From Dirinaria sp. TL-2023a (Eukaryota), in NCBI GenBank assembly GCA_051941275.1, contig JAVEBF010000068.1:1-35245 (forward strand): DNA of 35,245 bases, in the 5' to 3' direction. A model generated the notes under the pieces. That model was not told the DNA's origin. It did no database searches and was given only the letters and a program-made list of their open reading frames with translations. Of the stretch, positions 11,658-22,084 are shown one piece after another (the stretch's first letter is position 1; the number at the start of each line of letters is the position of its first letter). A program made the position numbers and the translations under genes.

Positions 11658-13085
11658 CTAAAGGCCAAAGACAAGTCTTAGATTGGGCAAGGCACCGAAC
11701 CCTTTGCTGAAAACCCGGCCAACGTGCGCCTTCGCGAGCCACACTGCGCTGACAAGGAACGTGAAAAAACTGAACTGGTTCTTATTACCCAGAACCATGC
11801 TCGTCAAACTAGTGATCTGAGCGTAATCCAAACACTCGTCTTCCCACTGCTGCAGGGTCATCTCTCCCGCCATGACACTCTCCAGCAAGAGCGCGTTGAG
11901 CGCGGCTTGGTTCGTACTTGAACCTACATGAGGTCGGAAGGTACACAGCGCATCTCCGACGAATAGCAATTTCCCATCAAGGTGGCAGGCTCGCGGGGTG
12001 TTGACATCGGTGATGCACTGCACGAACGGCTGCTGGGTTTTGATAATAAGCTCTGCAAAAGGAGCGGGGAGGATTTGCTGTGCGTATTCCTTTTGAGCAG
12101 TCCATGCCTCGTCACGCATTTTTCCCATCGGGATTGTTACGCGATGACGATGGTTCTCGCTGTCTGTCATCAAATCCGCATGTTCTTTCGAGCCTTCGGG
12201 GTAGTTGCAGTACCAGACATAATTCAGCAATCGTTCGCCTTCGCCGAGCGACCCATTCTTCCCGGGAATGGTGTATCTGAGGAACAATCAGCCTTTATGG
12301 TGACTTGCAAGGCTTCAGTGTTGGATGCTCTTCGCTTACTGAAGTATATGCCCCCGGCCACCGATGAAATAATTCGTATACTGCTCAAACCGCTCTTTGG
12401 TCTTGGAAGAGACATCGCGCTCGGCAACAGTCCCTCTCCACGCGGCATATCCGACATACTTACGCTCTAAGTCTGGATAGAATCTCTGACGAATGTTCGA
12501 GCTTGGGCCATCTGCCGCAATGACGAGATCGGCCTGATAGCTGCCACTGCCGTGATTGAGGCTCTCGAAGCTTACAGTAACAAGGCCATCAATCAGTTGA
12601 AGGTCCGTCACCGTAGTCGCATACTCATAAATCGCTTTTCCCTCTGCATCTCCTCGCTCCGGCGCTCGCGACACATACGGGCTGAGCAAGCCGTCGTAAT
12701 TAGCGCGAAGCCGGTAATAAAGCGTATTCCAGCTGGTCGCGCGTAGTTCCATTTTCCAGACTCTGGTCATGTTGGCGGCACGATCAAAGAAGTGAATCTG
12801 TGGTAGTGGAATGAAGTATGGCTCTTGGGAATAGTCATGTTTCTTGAGGAACTCCTGCAACTTCTCTCCAGCCATTATACCTGCGCCTTGGCCGTCGAGC
12901 AGGTTCGACGGGCTGCGTTCCAGGATGCGCACATTATGACCGAGCCGCTTGAGCACGATGCCTTGCATGAGGCCAGCGATCGATCCACCTACCTATAATA
13001 AATGTTTGAATATAAAGCAGGATTGATGAGGGTCATACAGCGGGGTACTCACTATTATTATCTCGAGTTTTTTTTTATCAGCCAT
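11658..13085 (-). CDS. FAD-dependent monooxygenase (group A flavoprotein hydroxylase, 2,6-dihydroxypyridine hydroxylase-like), ~434 aa; exons 13085-13053, 12992-12340, 12276-11658
   Basis: Rossmann IIIVGGSIAGL after splicing, DG motif DLVIAADG, YAAWRG, LLNYVWY and GD motif LFVGDALCTFRPHVGSSTNQA. Confidence 0.92.
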
Positions 13086-14003
13086 GGCTTCTAGCCGTCT
13101 CCAAACAATTCGCGTTGTCCAGAACCAAAGAGATTGCTATTGAAAAGAGACGATCCTTGACTTAGAATTAGTCTGACGCTTCCTTTAAGTAAGGCGACTT
13201 GACTTCCATGCGTACCGTCCCAGTCCGAGGAGTCGCTGATTCGGGATTAGCTGCACACCATGAGGTAAGCACACAATTAGTAAGCGGTGTTATAAAAGGC
13301 TACTTTAGAGAACTGGGATTCTTTACAGAGAGGATGGGTACTCTAACACTGTAGGACTTGTTGCGCGAGCTGGCTCATCATCACCACCACCATCATTTGC
13401 ACTTACGGAAGTTTGGACAATCCGACTACCTCCGGACTCTACACTACATTCAGTACATACGGCGCATTGACGCTCCAATCATATGGAGGACCGACTGCTC
13501 TTCGTCCATTGGACTTCTCATGCCGAAACGTGCAGTGCATCTGCAGCTTTATCTTACGCAGGGACCGAGGAGACCGACAGCATTCCCCCAAGTCCTGTTA
13601 TTAAGATCATTCCATCCTGTCCATAAGATTCAGAATCCACGTGTCTGTATCATCAATTCACCTGTACAGCTTTGATTTCTTCGAGCACTAACACTTCGTT
13701 GTTAGTTTCTTCGCCACCATCATGTTGCGTCCTGACCAGTCTGATCAACGATCTCAACTCCGCAGCCTATATCCACTATTACCTACCAATGAAGTCATCG
13801 ATTCCAATCGAGACTGCTCATTAGCTTAAGGAAATAAGGAACGCAACGTATTTTCCCGCACGATACCATTGTTGACATCGACACTTCGTCACTTCGAAAT
13901 GCAGCTGCAACAAAACGAGGCGCGAAGCTTCCATTTTCTCAATATCTATTAATCAATAATAGGTCCCTTCTACGGATACTCAATGCCGAGAAAACCGTGA
14001 TGC

Positions 14004-14090
14004 CGTGCCAAGCGACACGCCAAGAGAATCCGTGCCAAGAGAATCCGTGCCAAGAGAACTCGTGCCAAGAGAATTCGTGCCAACGACGCC
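14004..14090 (+). repeat. 15-bp tandem repeat (CGTGCCAAGAGAATC consensus, ~6 units) carrying five GCCAAG motifs
   Basis: GCCAAG starts at 14007, 14019, 14034, 14049 and 14064. A degenerate GCCAAC is at 14079. Confidence 0.9.
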
Positions 14091-14647
14091 GAAATTTTGA
14101 TCCCGAGGTCCGCCTGGCCAGGCCCGTATCGAGGACTCCATTGAATAGGATTCATTTCCTGTAAAAAGTTAAACCATCGCATGCTTCATCGAAAGCTTCG
14201 TGTCTGGCGGCCATCGTGAAGTCTATCGAGACTTAATAGGAGCTCATGCATCACGACGAAGCCACATGGGCGGAATGCGGGGCGTCACTGGGATGCGCTT
14301 TATGTCTGCTACCAATACTCGTCAGACGCGAGACAGCAATTCAGATACGGATATATTCAATGATCTATGCTGTCTATCGGCCTGACTCATGTGGCTCTAG
14401 CCCTCAGAGCATAAAGTAAACGTGATTTATGTACGTCAGCATGTACCCCCGAGAAAGCGGGGTCTGAACAGCTGTCTCCCGGACAGGCAGGTCAGGTCAA
14501 GTTCCCGCCGAGACAGCTAGTAACATATCCCATCTTGAGCATAGGTATATACGTATGCCTATGGGTCTGTCTTCACAAAACGCTCATTCTGCTTGCTGGC
14601 TGTCCCTAAATGTGTGACTTTTGTACTATGCGGCGAGGGCCAGGACT

Positions 14648-17128
14648 ATGCTATTTCCCGTTTATGATCGCTGGTTGCAGGGCTCATTGCTATTCCTAGA
14701 TGTTTTACTCTACTTTCTGGTGCCTGTACTTGGCCAGGCACCGCCGCAGCCTGAAAATATTAACAATAGGGGTACATCTTTCTTAGATCACGAGGCTCCG
14801 ATAAAGAACTTCAACGGCAAGACATTCTTGCGCGAGAATATCCCTTACATCGACATTCCTGACAAGGATATTCAAGACGTATACTATTATCGCTGGTCCT
14901 CACTTGCACGCCATCTCCGATACGCCATTGCTGGCGCTGGCTATGTTCTGACGGAATTTGTTCAGCCTGTGTCATGGGCGAAAACTTTCTCGACAATTGA
15001 CGCCGCGGCTGGTCATCAGATCTATGAGACGAGTTGGCTTCGGGCTAAGTTCTACAATGACGACTACACCCGTTTCTGGACGCGTGGACCGGGCGACTCC
15101 GTGGCCTACACCCACTGGATACTTGATGCCGCCTTTCGCAAATTTCAGGTAGACGGGAACACGGCGTTCTTGACAAGCCAACTGCCAGGCATGATAGAGC
15201 TATGGCACCGATGGGACTTCACTTTTGACTTCGACGTCGGTCTATATTATTACACCCCGACCGCGGATGCTCAGGAGTTTAGCCTACCTGGCTGGGTCGT
15301 TAGCAATGGGGGTCTGAATAACATTACTTTGCTCAATGCTGGTCCAGATACGTACCGGCCCAGCCACAATGCCTACATGGTGGCGAATGCTCGGGCCATC
15401 GCTCGAACGGCAGAGTTAGCTGGCAATAAGATTTTAGCAATACAGTACTCATCGACTGCTGACAAAATAGAAGCTGCTATGCTTAAGCACCTGTGGGATC
15501 CACATCAACAGTTTTTTGTCGATGTGGTCCGTACGAGCAACTTTTCTCTGGGCCAAAGTGGTCCCATTGAGGGTCGAGAAGAGGTCGGCTTGTTTCCCTT
15601 CAGGTTTGGAATTGGATTGTCATCTCAGTATGCCAACCCATCAATTCAAGAAATATTTGATCCCGAGGCCTTTCAGGCACCTTACGGGCCAACAACCTTG
15701 GAGCGACGGAATGAGTATTTTGATGCTACGAAACCTACGACTTACTGCTGCTATTGGAACGGCCAGTCCTGGCCCTTCTCAACAGCACACGTCCTCAAAT
15801 CGCTTGCTGCAGCCTACCGGACAGGAAATCTGTCAACAACCGCTGATCAGTACTTTGATGCGCTAAGCCGTTATGCAAAGACGCAGCACGACATCTTTGG
15901 GAACCCGTTCGTCGCAGAAGCGCACTATTCTGAGGCTAGTGCCTGGAGTGCGTACACTGCTAACCACTCAGAGCACTATGACCATTCAACGAACAATGAC
16001 GATGTGATTACTGGTCTCCTCGGACTCATACCTCGTTCTGACAGTATGCTGCAAATATCTCCAATCATCCCACGGAATTGGACTTACTTTGCGCTTGAGA
16101 ATGCGGCCTACAACGACCATCTGATTACGATCCTCTACGATGCAACTGGAACCCGTTACAACACAGGTACTGGGCTGTCGGTATTTGTGGACGGCGAGAA
16201 GGTCCATACGTCTAGTTCTTCGTCAGCGCTGATTTCGTTACCGAGTACTGCGGTTTCCAGCAGTAATTTCCAAATCCCTGTCAACATCGCTGCTAATCCA
16301 CGTGGCCCTGGGCACTGGCCCAATGCGACTGCAACATATACCTACAACCTCGACTCGGTCTGGAAGGCCATAGATGGCTTCCTTTTCTATGACTACATCC
16401 CTGATAATCGCTGGACCAACAACCAGTCGTACTACTTTAACGACACCTTTGGAATTACCTTCGCAAGGCCGCGCACATTCTCTTCCGTCACTCTTGCCAT
16501 ATACTCCGATTGTACTGTAGGCGGATCCGTGGACTGTCCTTCAGCAATCGAAGTCTACAGCCAAGAGGGTCTATTGGCGAACATTTCGGATTTTGCTGAT
16601 CGTTGTCTGCCCAATGATCGGAACACCATTTCGTTTGGGAAAGAAGTCACTAGCCTCGGCGTATCAGTGAATATGTTTATCCAGCGTGGCTACGCAGTCG
16701 GCCTTGCAGAACTTGAAGTCTGGGTACCTCCAAATCGTGGACCGCTATATTACCTAGTAGATGCCTACTTGACTAATTCTGTCGTCGCTTTCGACACACG
16801 GTCTGTAGCCACGGCGAACGGAGCTGTTGTAGGAAATAACAGTGTAGAAAGCCAAATCATGCTTTCAGACGTCTACAGTGAAGAGGGGGGAAGCATAACG
16901 CTCCAAGTCTCGTTCACAAATGAAGGAGTAATAGCCACAGAAATAGGAATCGAAATTAACCGCTTTGCGGTAGGCAATTTGACACTGTTGCCTACTGGAC
17001 CGGCGTACAAGACTGTTAAACTGGCAACGGAACTTTTGCCGGGAGCAAATTACGTGGTGTTGAACGGTGGAAATGAAGATGTTCTGCTCGAGACTATCAG
17101 TGTGATACCTGAACTTGGGAAAGCGTAG
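14648..17128 (+). CDS. Secreted six-hairpin glycoside hydrolase (MGH1-like/GH142-like) with C-terminal F5/8-like and CBM-like beta-sandwich modules, 826 aa, intronless
   Basis: Hydrophobic leader ending VPVLG|Q. Motifs ENIPYIDIPD-DIQDVYYYRW, LTEFVQPVSWA, TIDAAAGHQIYE, GREEVGLFP, CCYWNGQSWPFST and HSEHYDHST. The C-terminus has KAIDG...NRW...VGLAELEVW. The exact CAZy family is not verifiable here. Confidence 0.85.
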   Translation: MLFPVYDRWLQGSLLFLDVLLYFLVPVLGQAPPQPENINNRGTSFLDHEAPIKNFNGKTFLRENIPYIDIPDKDIQDVYYYRWSSLARHLRYAIAGAGYVLTEFVQPVSWAKTFSTIDAAAGHQIYETSWLRAKFYNDDYTRFWTRGPGDSVAYTHWILDAAFRKFQVDGNTAFLTSQLPGMIELWHRWDFTFDFDVGLYYYTPTADAQEFSLPGWVVSNGGLNNITLLNAGPDTYRPSHNAYMVANARAIARTAELAGNKILAIQYSSTADKIEAAMLKHLWDPHQQFFVDVVRTSNFSLGQSGPIEGREEVGLFPFRFGIGLSSQYANPSIQEIFDPEAFQAPYGPTTLERRNEYFDATKPTTYCCYWNGQSWPFSTAHVLKSLAAAYRTGNLSTTADQYFDALSRYAKTQHDIFGNPFVAEAHYSEASAWSAYTANHSEHYDHSTNNDDVITGLLGLIPRSDSMLQISPIIPRNWTYFALENAAYNDHLITILYDATGTRYNTGTGLSVFVDGEKVHTSSSSSALISLPSTAVSSSNFQIPVNIAANPRGPGHWPNATATYTYNLDSVWKAIDGFLFYDYIPDNRWTNNQSYYFNDTFGITFARPRTFSSVTLAIYSDCTVGGSVDCPSAIEVYSQEGLLANISDFADRCLPNDRNTISFGKEVTSLGVSVNMFIQRGYAVGLAELEVWVPPNRGPLYYLVDAYLTNSVVAFDTRSVATANGAVVGNNSVESQIMLSDVYSEEGGSITLQVSFTNEGVIATEIGIEINRFAVGNLTLLPTGPAYKTVKLATELLPGANYVVLNGGNEDVLLETISVIPELGKA

Positions 17129-17271
17129 AGGAGGTTCGTGGGAACCCAGGGTCGAGGTAAGCACTAGCGCATGCTTGACGGCTTTTGGTGCAAGTAAATG
17201 GCAAACTGAAGAATCAGCACTATTTGCCTAATATGGAGCTCGCTACGAGAAACCGAGTCGCGCCGCACTCC

Positions 17272-17336
17272 CGAATATAAGGTAAAATCCTGCTCTTAAA
17301 ATCCTGCTCTGGGGACTTCGAAACCCCTTATATTCG
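17272..17336. repeat. 11-bp perfect inverted repeat enclosing a 14-bp tandem duplication
   Basis: CGAATATAAGG (17272-17282) pairs with CCTTATATTCG (17326-17336). TAAAATCCTGCTCT occurs twice at 17283-17310. Confidence 0.85.
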
Positions 17337-18178
17337 ACATCCTTAGCTCCAAATCTTGGATCCGGCTGCGACCTGCAAAATTTGACCATTTAACCAGTCA
17401 AGCTTATTTGGCTTGGTCAATTACTTCACACAGCGAGGCAATATGAGGTAGGCTTAGAAGTATTTTCGGGTGGAAATTTGGTTGGCTCAGCGCCGCGCCG
17501 CTCGCCGCTCTCGGGAACAATCTTCCAAACCACTTGCACAGCCCTGTTACCTGTATCGCTTTTGGCTACTGCTGCTTTTCCGGATCCTTCCCGCAGATTA
17601 AGGCTGAACCAGGCATTTGCTCACGCGACCTCATCACTTGCTTGCTTTGGCCTTATTGGCTGATTGCTGCCGATCATGGTGGTTGCTCACGTTTCATCCT
17701 TCGTGTGCGGTAGAGCCTTGGATAAAGAAATCTACCCAATGATGTTTCAATTGTGCACTTCGACGTGCCATTTTCAAAGAGATCTCATTATTGCAAATAT
17801 GCTGCTTCCCTCTAGTTCGATTCGATTCGAAAGGCTCGTGCAAGCTCAGCTGGCCCAGCCCCAGCCCATGTTACGTTTCCGAGCTCTCCATTCCCCTAAG
17901 CTCATCTATAAGGTCTCTCCAGTGTCTCTTTTGATGGCTTTCTTCACGGCTGATTCCGTGCTTCCGCCCGGGTTTTTTTCTTTTCTCTTTCATCAGTCAT
18001 TTTTTCTCCAGGCTCACGGAATCCTTATATCCCACCTTTATCATTCTAAGCAGATCTCCCTCGCTACTGCTGCAACCACTCTTCCCTGTCATGCGTTTCT
18101 CTTAGATTCAGGTTTTCAGCTCGTGTTATCTTTGGAGAACCTCCAAGTTGCTCCATACTCACCACAAATCTTGTCACA

Positions 18179-19353
18179 ATGCACACTGTGACCACATTCG
18201 TCCTTCTCGCCTCTCTCCTTACCAGCACCCTCGCTTTTCCATCAACATCCACCGCCCACAAAGGCAGAAGCTTCAAAGCACCCCTGCGTCGTCGCGTTAT
18301 TGAACGACGCGACAATGGCCTCGCGCAGGCCGTTGCCCTTCCTCAGGATTATATAACCAAATGGGAAGTACCCGTTCTCCTCGGGGGTCAGCAAGTCTCC
18401 TTGTGTGTCGACACTGGCTCTGGAACTCTTTGGGTCTACGGTCCCTCGGCCAACAATCCCGACGGGCGCAGTACATATGACCCTTCTCAGTCCTCTACCT
18501 CGATCGGCCAGGATGGACAAACCTTCAATGCGAGTTATGGTCCTGGTTTCGGGGCTTCCGGATCAGTTTCCTCCGATAGCGTCAATATTGGCGGTGCCAT
18601 CGTGCCTTCTATGCCCATCGGAGTGGCGGACACTGTCGGCGATTTCATGCTTGACGGTGCCTTCGCGGCTACGGATGGAATCCTGGGTATAGCGTTCAAG
18701 TACGGGAATGCCATAAGACCGGACCAAAGCCCCACGTATGTGGAAATGGTCCTACCCTATCTGGACCAGCCTGTCTTCGCAGTTGATTTCAGGGAGGACA
18801 ACTCTGGTAGCTTTGGACTCGGAGCGGTGGACGACACGGCCTACACGGGACAACTGATCAATGTACCCGTCGACAATGGCACGGATGGTAGCTGGACCGT
18901 CGATGGCGTTTCCTTTGGTGTTGGCGACTCATCTTTCACCCAACAGATGCTGTTCGGTTCGTCCAGCACCACTCTCGCTTGACTTCCTTTTCATTCGTAG
19001 GCTGACATCAGACAGATACGGGTGGAGAAACCATGGGCGTTGACCCTTCAGTCGCAGCAGCCTACTGGGGACAGGTCTCGGGCGCCGTGGATAGTTCTGC
19101 TGCACAGGATGGCTCCGGATGGAACTTTCCATGTGGTACCCAGCTCCCAGATTTCGGCGTTATCTTCAACGGAGCCACGGTCACGATCCCGAACGCTCTC
19201 ATCGCCGGTAGCCCGGGATCGAATCCTCAAATGTGCAGTGCGAATTTGGTCGGCATGGCGGGGAGAGGCATGGTGGGTGCACCGTTTTGGCTGAGTCAGT
19301 ACGTCGTCTTCAACCAGGCGGATCCGAGTATTTCGTTCGCGCCGAAGGCCTAG
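18179..19353 (+). CDS. Secreted pepsin-like aspartic protease (A1), ~371 aa; exons 18179-18956, 19016-19353
   Basis: Signal peptide and basic propeptide ending RR. First catalytic motif VDTGSGTLWV, flap SYG and DGILGIAF. The second catalytic DTG is formed only after splicing (G|AT ACG GGT). C-terminus SQYVVFN. Confidence 0.93.
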
Positions 19354-20050
19354 GGGGAGGAGGTTGAGGAGTGCGAGCAAGGAGTTACTGGAGAGGGCAG
19401 ACATGCTATGGAGGAACTGCATTTCTTGGAGATCTTGGGCATGTTAATGAGTCATGACGGTCTTTTTCTCCTATTCGCTTCTACTATCGAGAATTATGTA
19501 TCGGACGGTATTTAAATCGAGGACTCGAATTTGCGAGCGGAAGCGCGGTGAACAGGACGATTAAATAGCCTTCTAGGTAGAGACGAAAAACCCGGTCGTG
19601 AAAAGGATCTCTTTGAAGCGTAGTAGATTCGGTACAGAGACGATGAGCTTTGCCGCGAGGCGACGGCGACTGGGATTATTGAAGATATAGTGTGCGCTAA
19701 GAGCGGGATCTTTTTTTCTTTTTTGGTTTGTTACGATAGACCCATTTTTCCCACGGCAAGGCGCCTTCAGGGTTGAAGGAACGAGACAAAAATTTTCTAT
19801 TGGATTTCATGAGCTGGGCAGGACTCAGCATCCACTCCTGCGACGCCATTATTCTTGGAAGGACTGCGACTGTAACGCTTCTTGATTTGGATTGCCTGGA
19901 GGCACAGCCACCTTATGCAAGGCTGCAACAACAACAGCCCAGCTAAGACACTCAAATAACAGCTCAAAACCCTCACCGGAATTACATTGCCTTCTCTGAT
20001 ACCTGACAGAAATCCTCAATGATAGATTATTGTATGAAGCCTTCAACGCA

Positions 20051-20818
20051 ATGCACCACTACATCAGCAAGTCTTCGAGAGTAGTGTGTCTCTGCCTCAT
20101 CGCCCCATTCTATCTTACTTACTTGGCATGCTATTGCGGATCTCTGTGCATTCAGCAGAAATATAATGGCAAGCCGGTTCCATTCTACTGCGGAAACGGT
20201 CATCGTAGCGCGAAAAGACAATGGGAGCAACAGAAAGCGTACAAACAAGCATTGAAGAACGAATCTCCCGACCTTTTACCTGCTAGGCGCAAAAGAGCAT
20301 TGACAATACCAAACGTTGTACCCAATGCGTCGCTCATCAAGAGGAGAAAGGCAACTAGCAGTCAACAGCAATCCAGACTTCTTGGTCGACTCCCGCTGGA
20401 GATCCGAGAGAGGATATATATATACACCCTTGCGGGCTCGGAGCATATCCATCTCTACAGGCGAGCAGATCGGCGGCTGGGTCATTATCGCTGCACTGGA
20501 GAGCATCATCAAACATGTCCGCCGGGACTGTCATGGGGTTGTGATCAAACAATCTCTGGCGCCTGGGACATGGGCGGGAATGCGGAGAGAGAACGCGACG
20601 ACATACTATCGCTACTGATGACTTGCAGGAGAGCGTATGCCAGCCCTCACTTCAGACTCCGAAAGGAACTTTGCTAACCGCAGCTTAGGTATTCTGAAGC
20701 TATCGACATCTTGTATACGCATAATGATTTTTGTTACTCAGATGCTAAAACTGTCGAGTATTTCACACAGACCGTGCTGCCCAAGCGTCTGAAGCTGGCA
20801 AGGCAGGAGACTGAATAG
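20051..20818 (+). CDS. F-box-like/DUF7730-type fungal protein, ~237 aa, possibly C-terminally truncated; exons 20051-20634, 20689-20818
   Basis: QSRLLGRLPLEIRERIYIYTL, and LSLLMTCRRAYSEAIDILY across a GTATGC...GCTAAC...TAG intron. The start codon is uncertain. Confidence 0.7.
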
Positions 20819-22084
20819 TCGTCCAATGAAGCGTGACTAGACTTCTGGGTGGCGATCAAGGCTGACCGCTCTTAAGATAGTCTGGCTGGTATTAAAAGGG
20901 CTTAAAGAAGAAAGATCCATGCAACCAACATGCGCTCGAGACGACAGACGAATTTCATTGACATGAGTGCAATGGAGTTGCGGGCTTGGTCAGAGTCAAG
21001 CATGCAGCCTGGATGAGTTCAGACCCCAGTACAGGTTCGCCGCACGTGAAGTGCAGCCACATATTTGTTTATGTGCTGGTGGTATGATAAGAGCAGCGCA
21101 TGCGGACGCAGAGAACTGAACTGTTTTCGTAGTTCTTATGACAACTCTCGATCTACTTTTGTGTGCCGATAGAGTTTATCCAGGAGTCTGGGGATACTTT
21201 GAGAATGAAAAACTCGCAGCCAGCAGCTGGTGACTCACAAATTGCGAGGGATGGGTGATCTCTCGAGAAAGTTAGAACAAGGCAAGCCTAGAAGATTCTA
21301 GAGCTGCAGGATGATCGGCGGCTTCCGAAATCGACGATGATGAATTTGAATGCTGTCGTAGCACGTATGAGAGTCGTGATGCGCGCTAATTTTCGCGTGC
21401 TTTTTCTGAGAACGGAGAAATCTATATGCCCGCCGAAGAGTGCGGGGATCGTTTATATTAATGAGTTCTATGTTGGGCCGCCATGCATATCAAATGACAT
21501 GAAGTCCTTGGGGTGTCTTTCAGTCCGCTTTCTTCATCATCGCCCCTCCGAAAATCGATCGACCCTCAAATCCTACCCTATATGTACAGTAGAGTGAGTG
21601 TTGAACCATGAAGAGGTGTCAAATAAGTCTCGGCGTTCATTCGGTTCCTGAGGCTGGCGAAGCCTTCAGCTGCGATGATGGCAGTGCAGAATATTAAGCA
21701 AGCTGACTTAGAAGAGCAAAGTGAATGCACACATGTGCCAGAGAGGGCAAAAGTTTTACAATAATAGAAGCAATGAGCTTTGAAAGCAGCCCAGGTGTTG
21801 ATCCCCTCCGATAGCGGGGCTTCAGCAGGATGTTCCCTAGCGTCGGAGAGATTGCCGGCACACAGTCATACTGTTATTCTGGAAGAACATTTTGCATATG
21901 AAGTCGATCATCCTCGACCGTTGAGATAGCCTTGTGGTTGATTTAGGCATTTGGCTAGTATTTCAGACCAGTAGCCTAAATCATACCTTTTGACGGCGAA
22001 AGCAATACTTATTTGAAATTACGGAGTACCCTTCCTTCATCGCGCTATACACTATCTGCAACTTACTTGGTTGTATATTTGGAT

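Noticed and set aside
13358..13675. ORF with a poly-His run
   Set aside because: It starts at TTG, the His run comes from a CAT/CAC microsatellite, and there is no recognisable domain. It may be decayed sequence but cannot be supported.
14004..14090. Repeat array as CRISPR, or as the coding ORF 13970-14182 (LARILLAR repeats)
   Set aside because: There are no unique spacers or cas genes and the context is eukaryotic. The ORF is short and simply reads through the 15-bp repeat.
17478..18191. ORFs upstream of the aspartic protease
   Set aside because: Non-ATG starts, pyrimidine-rich promoter/5'-UTR composition and no domain features.
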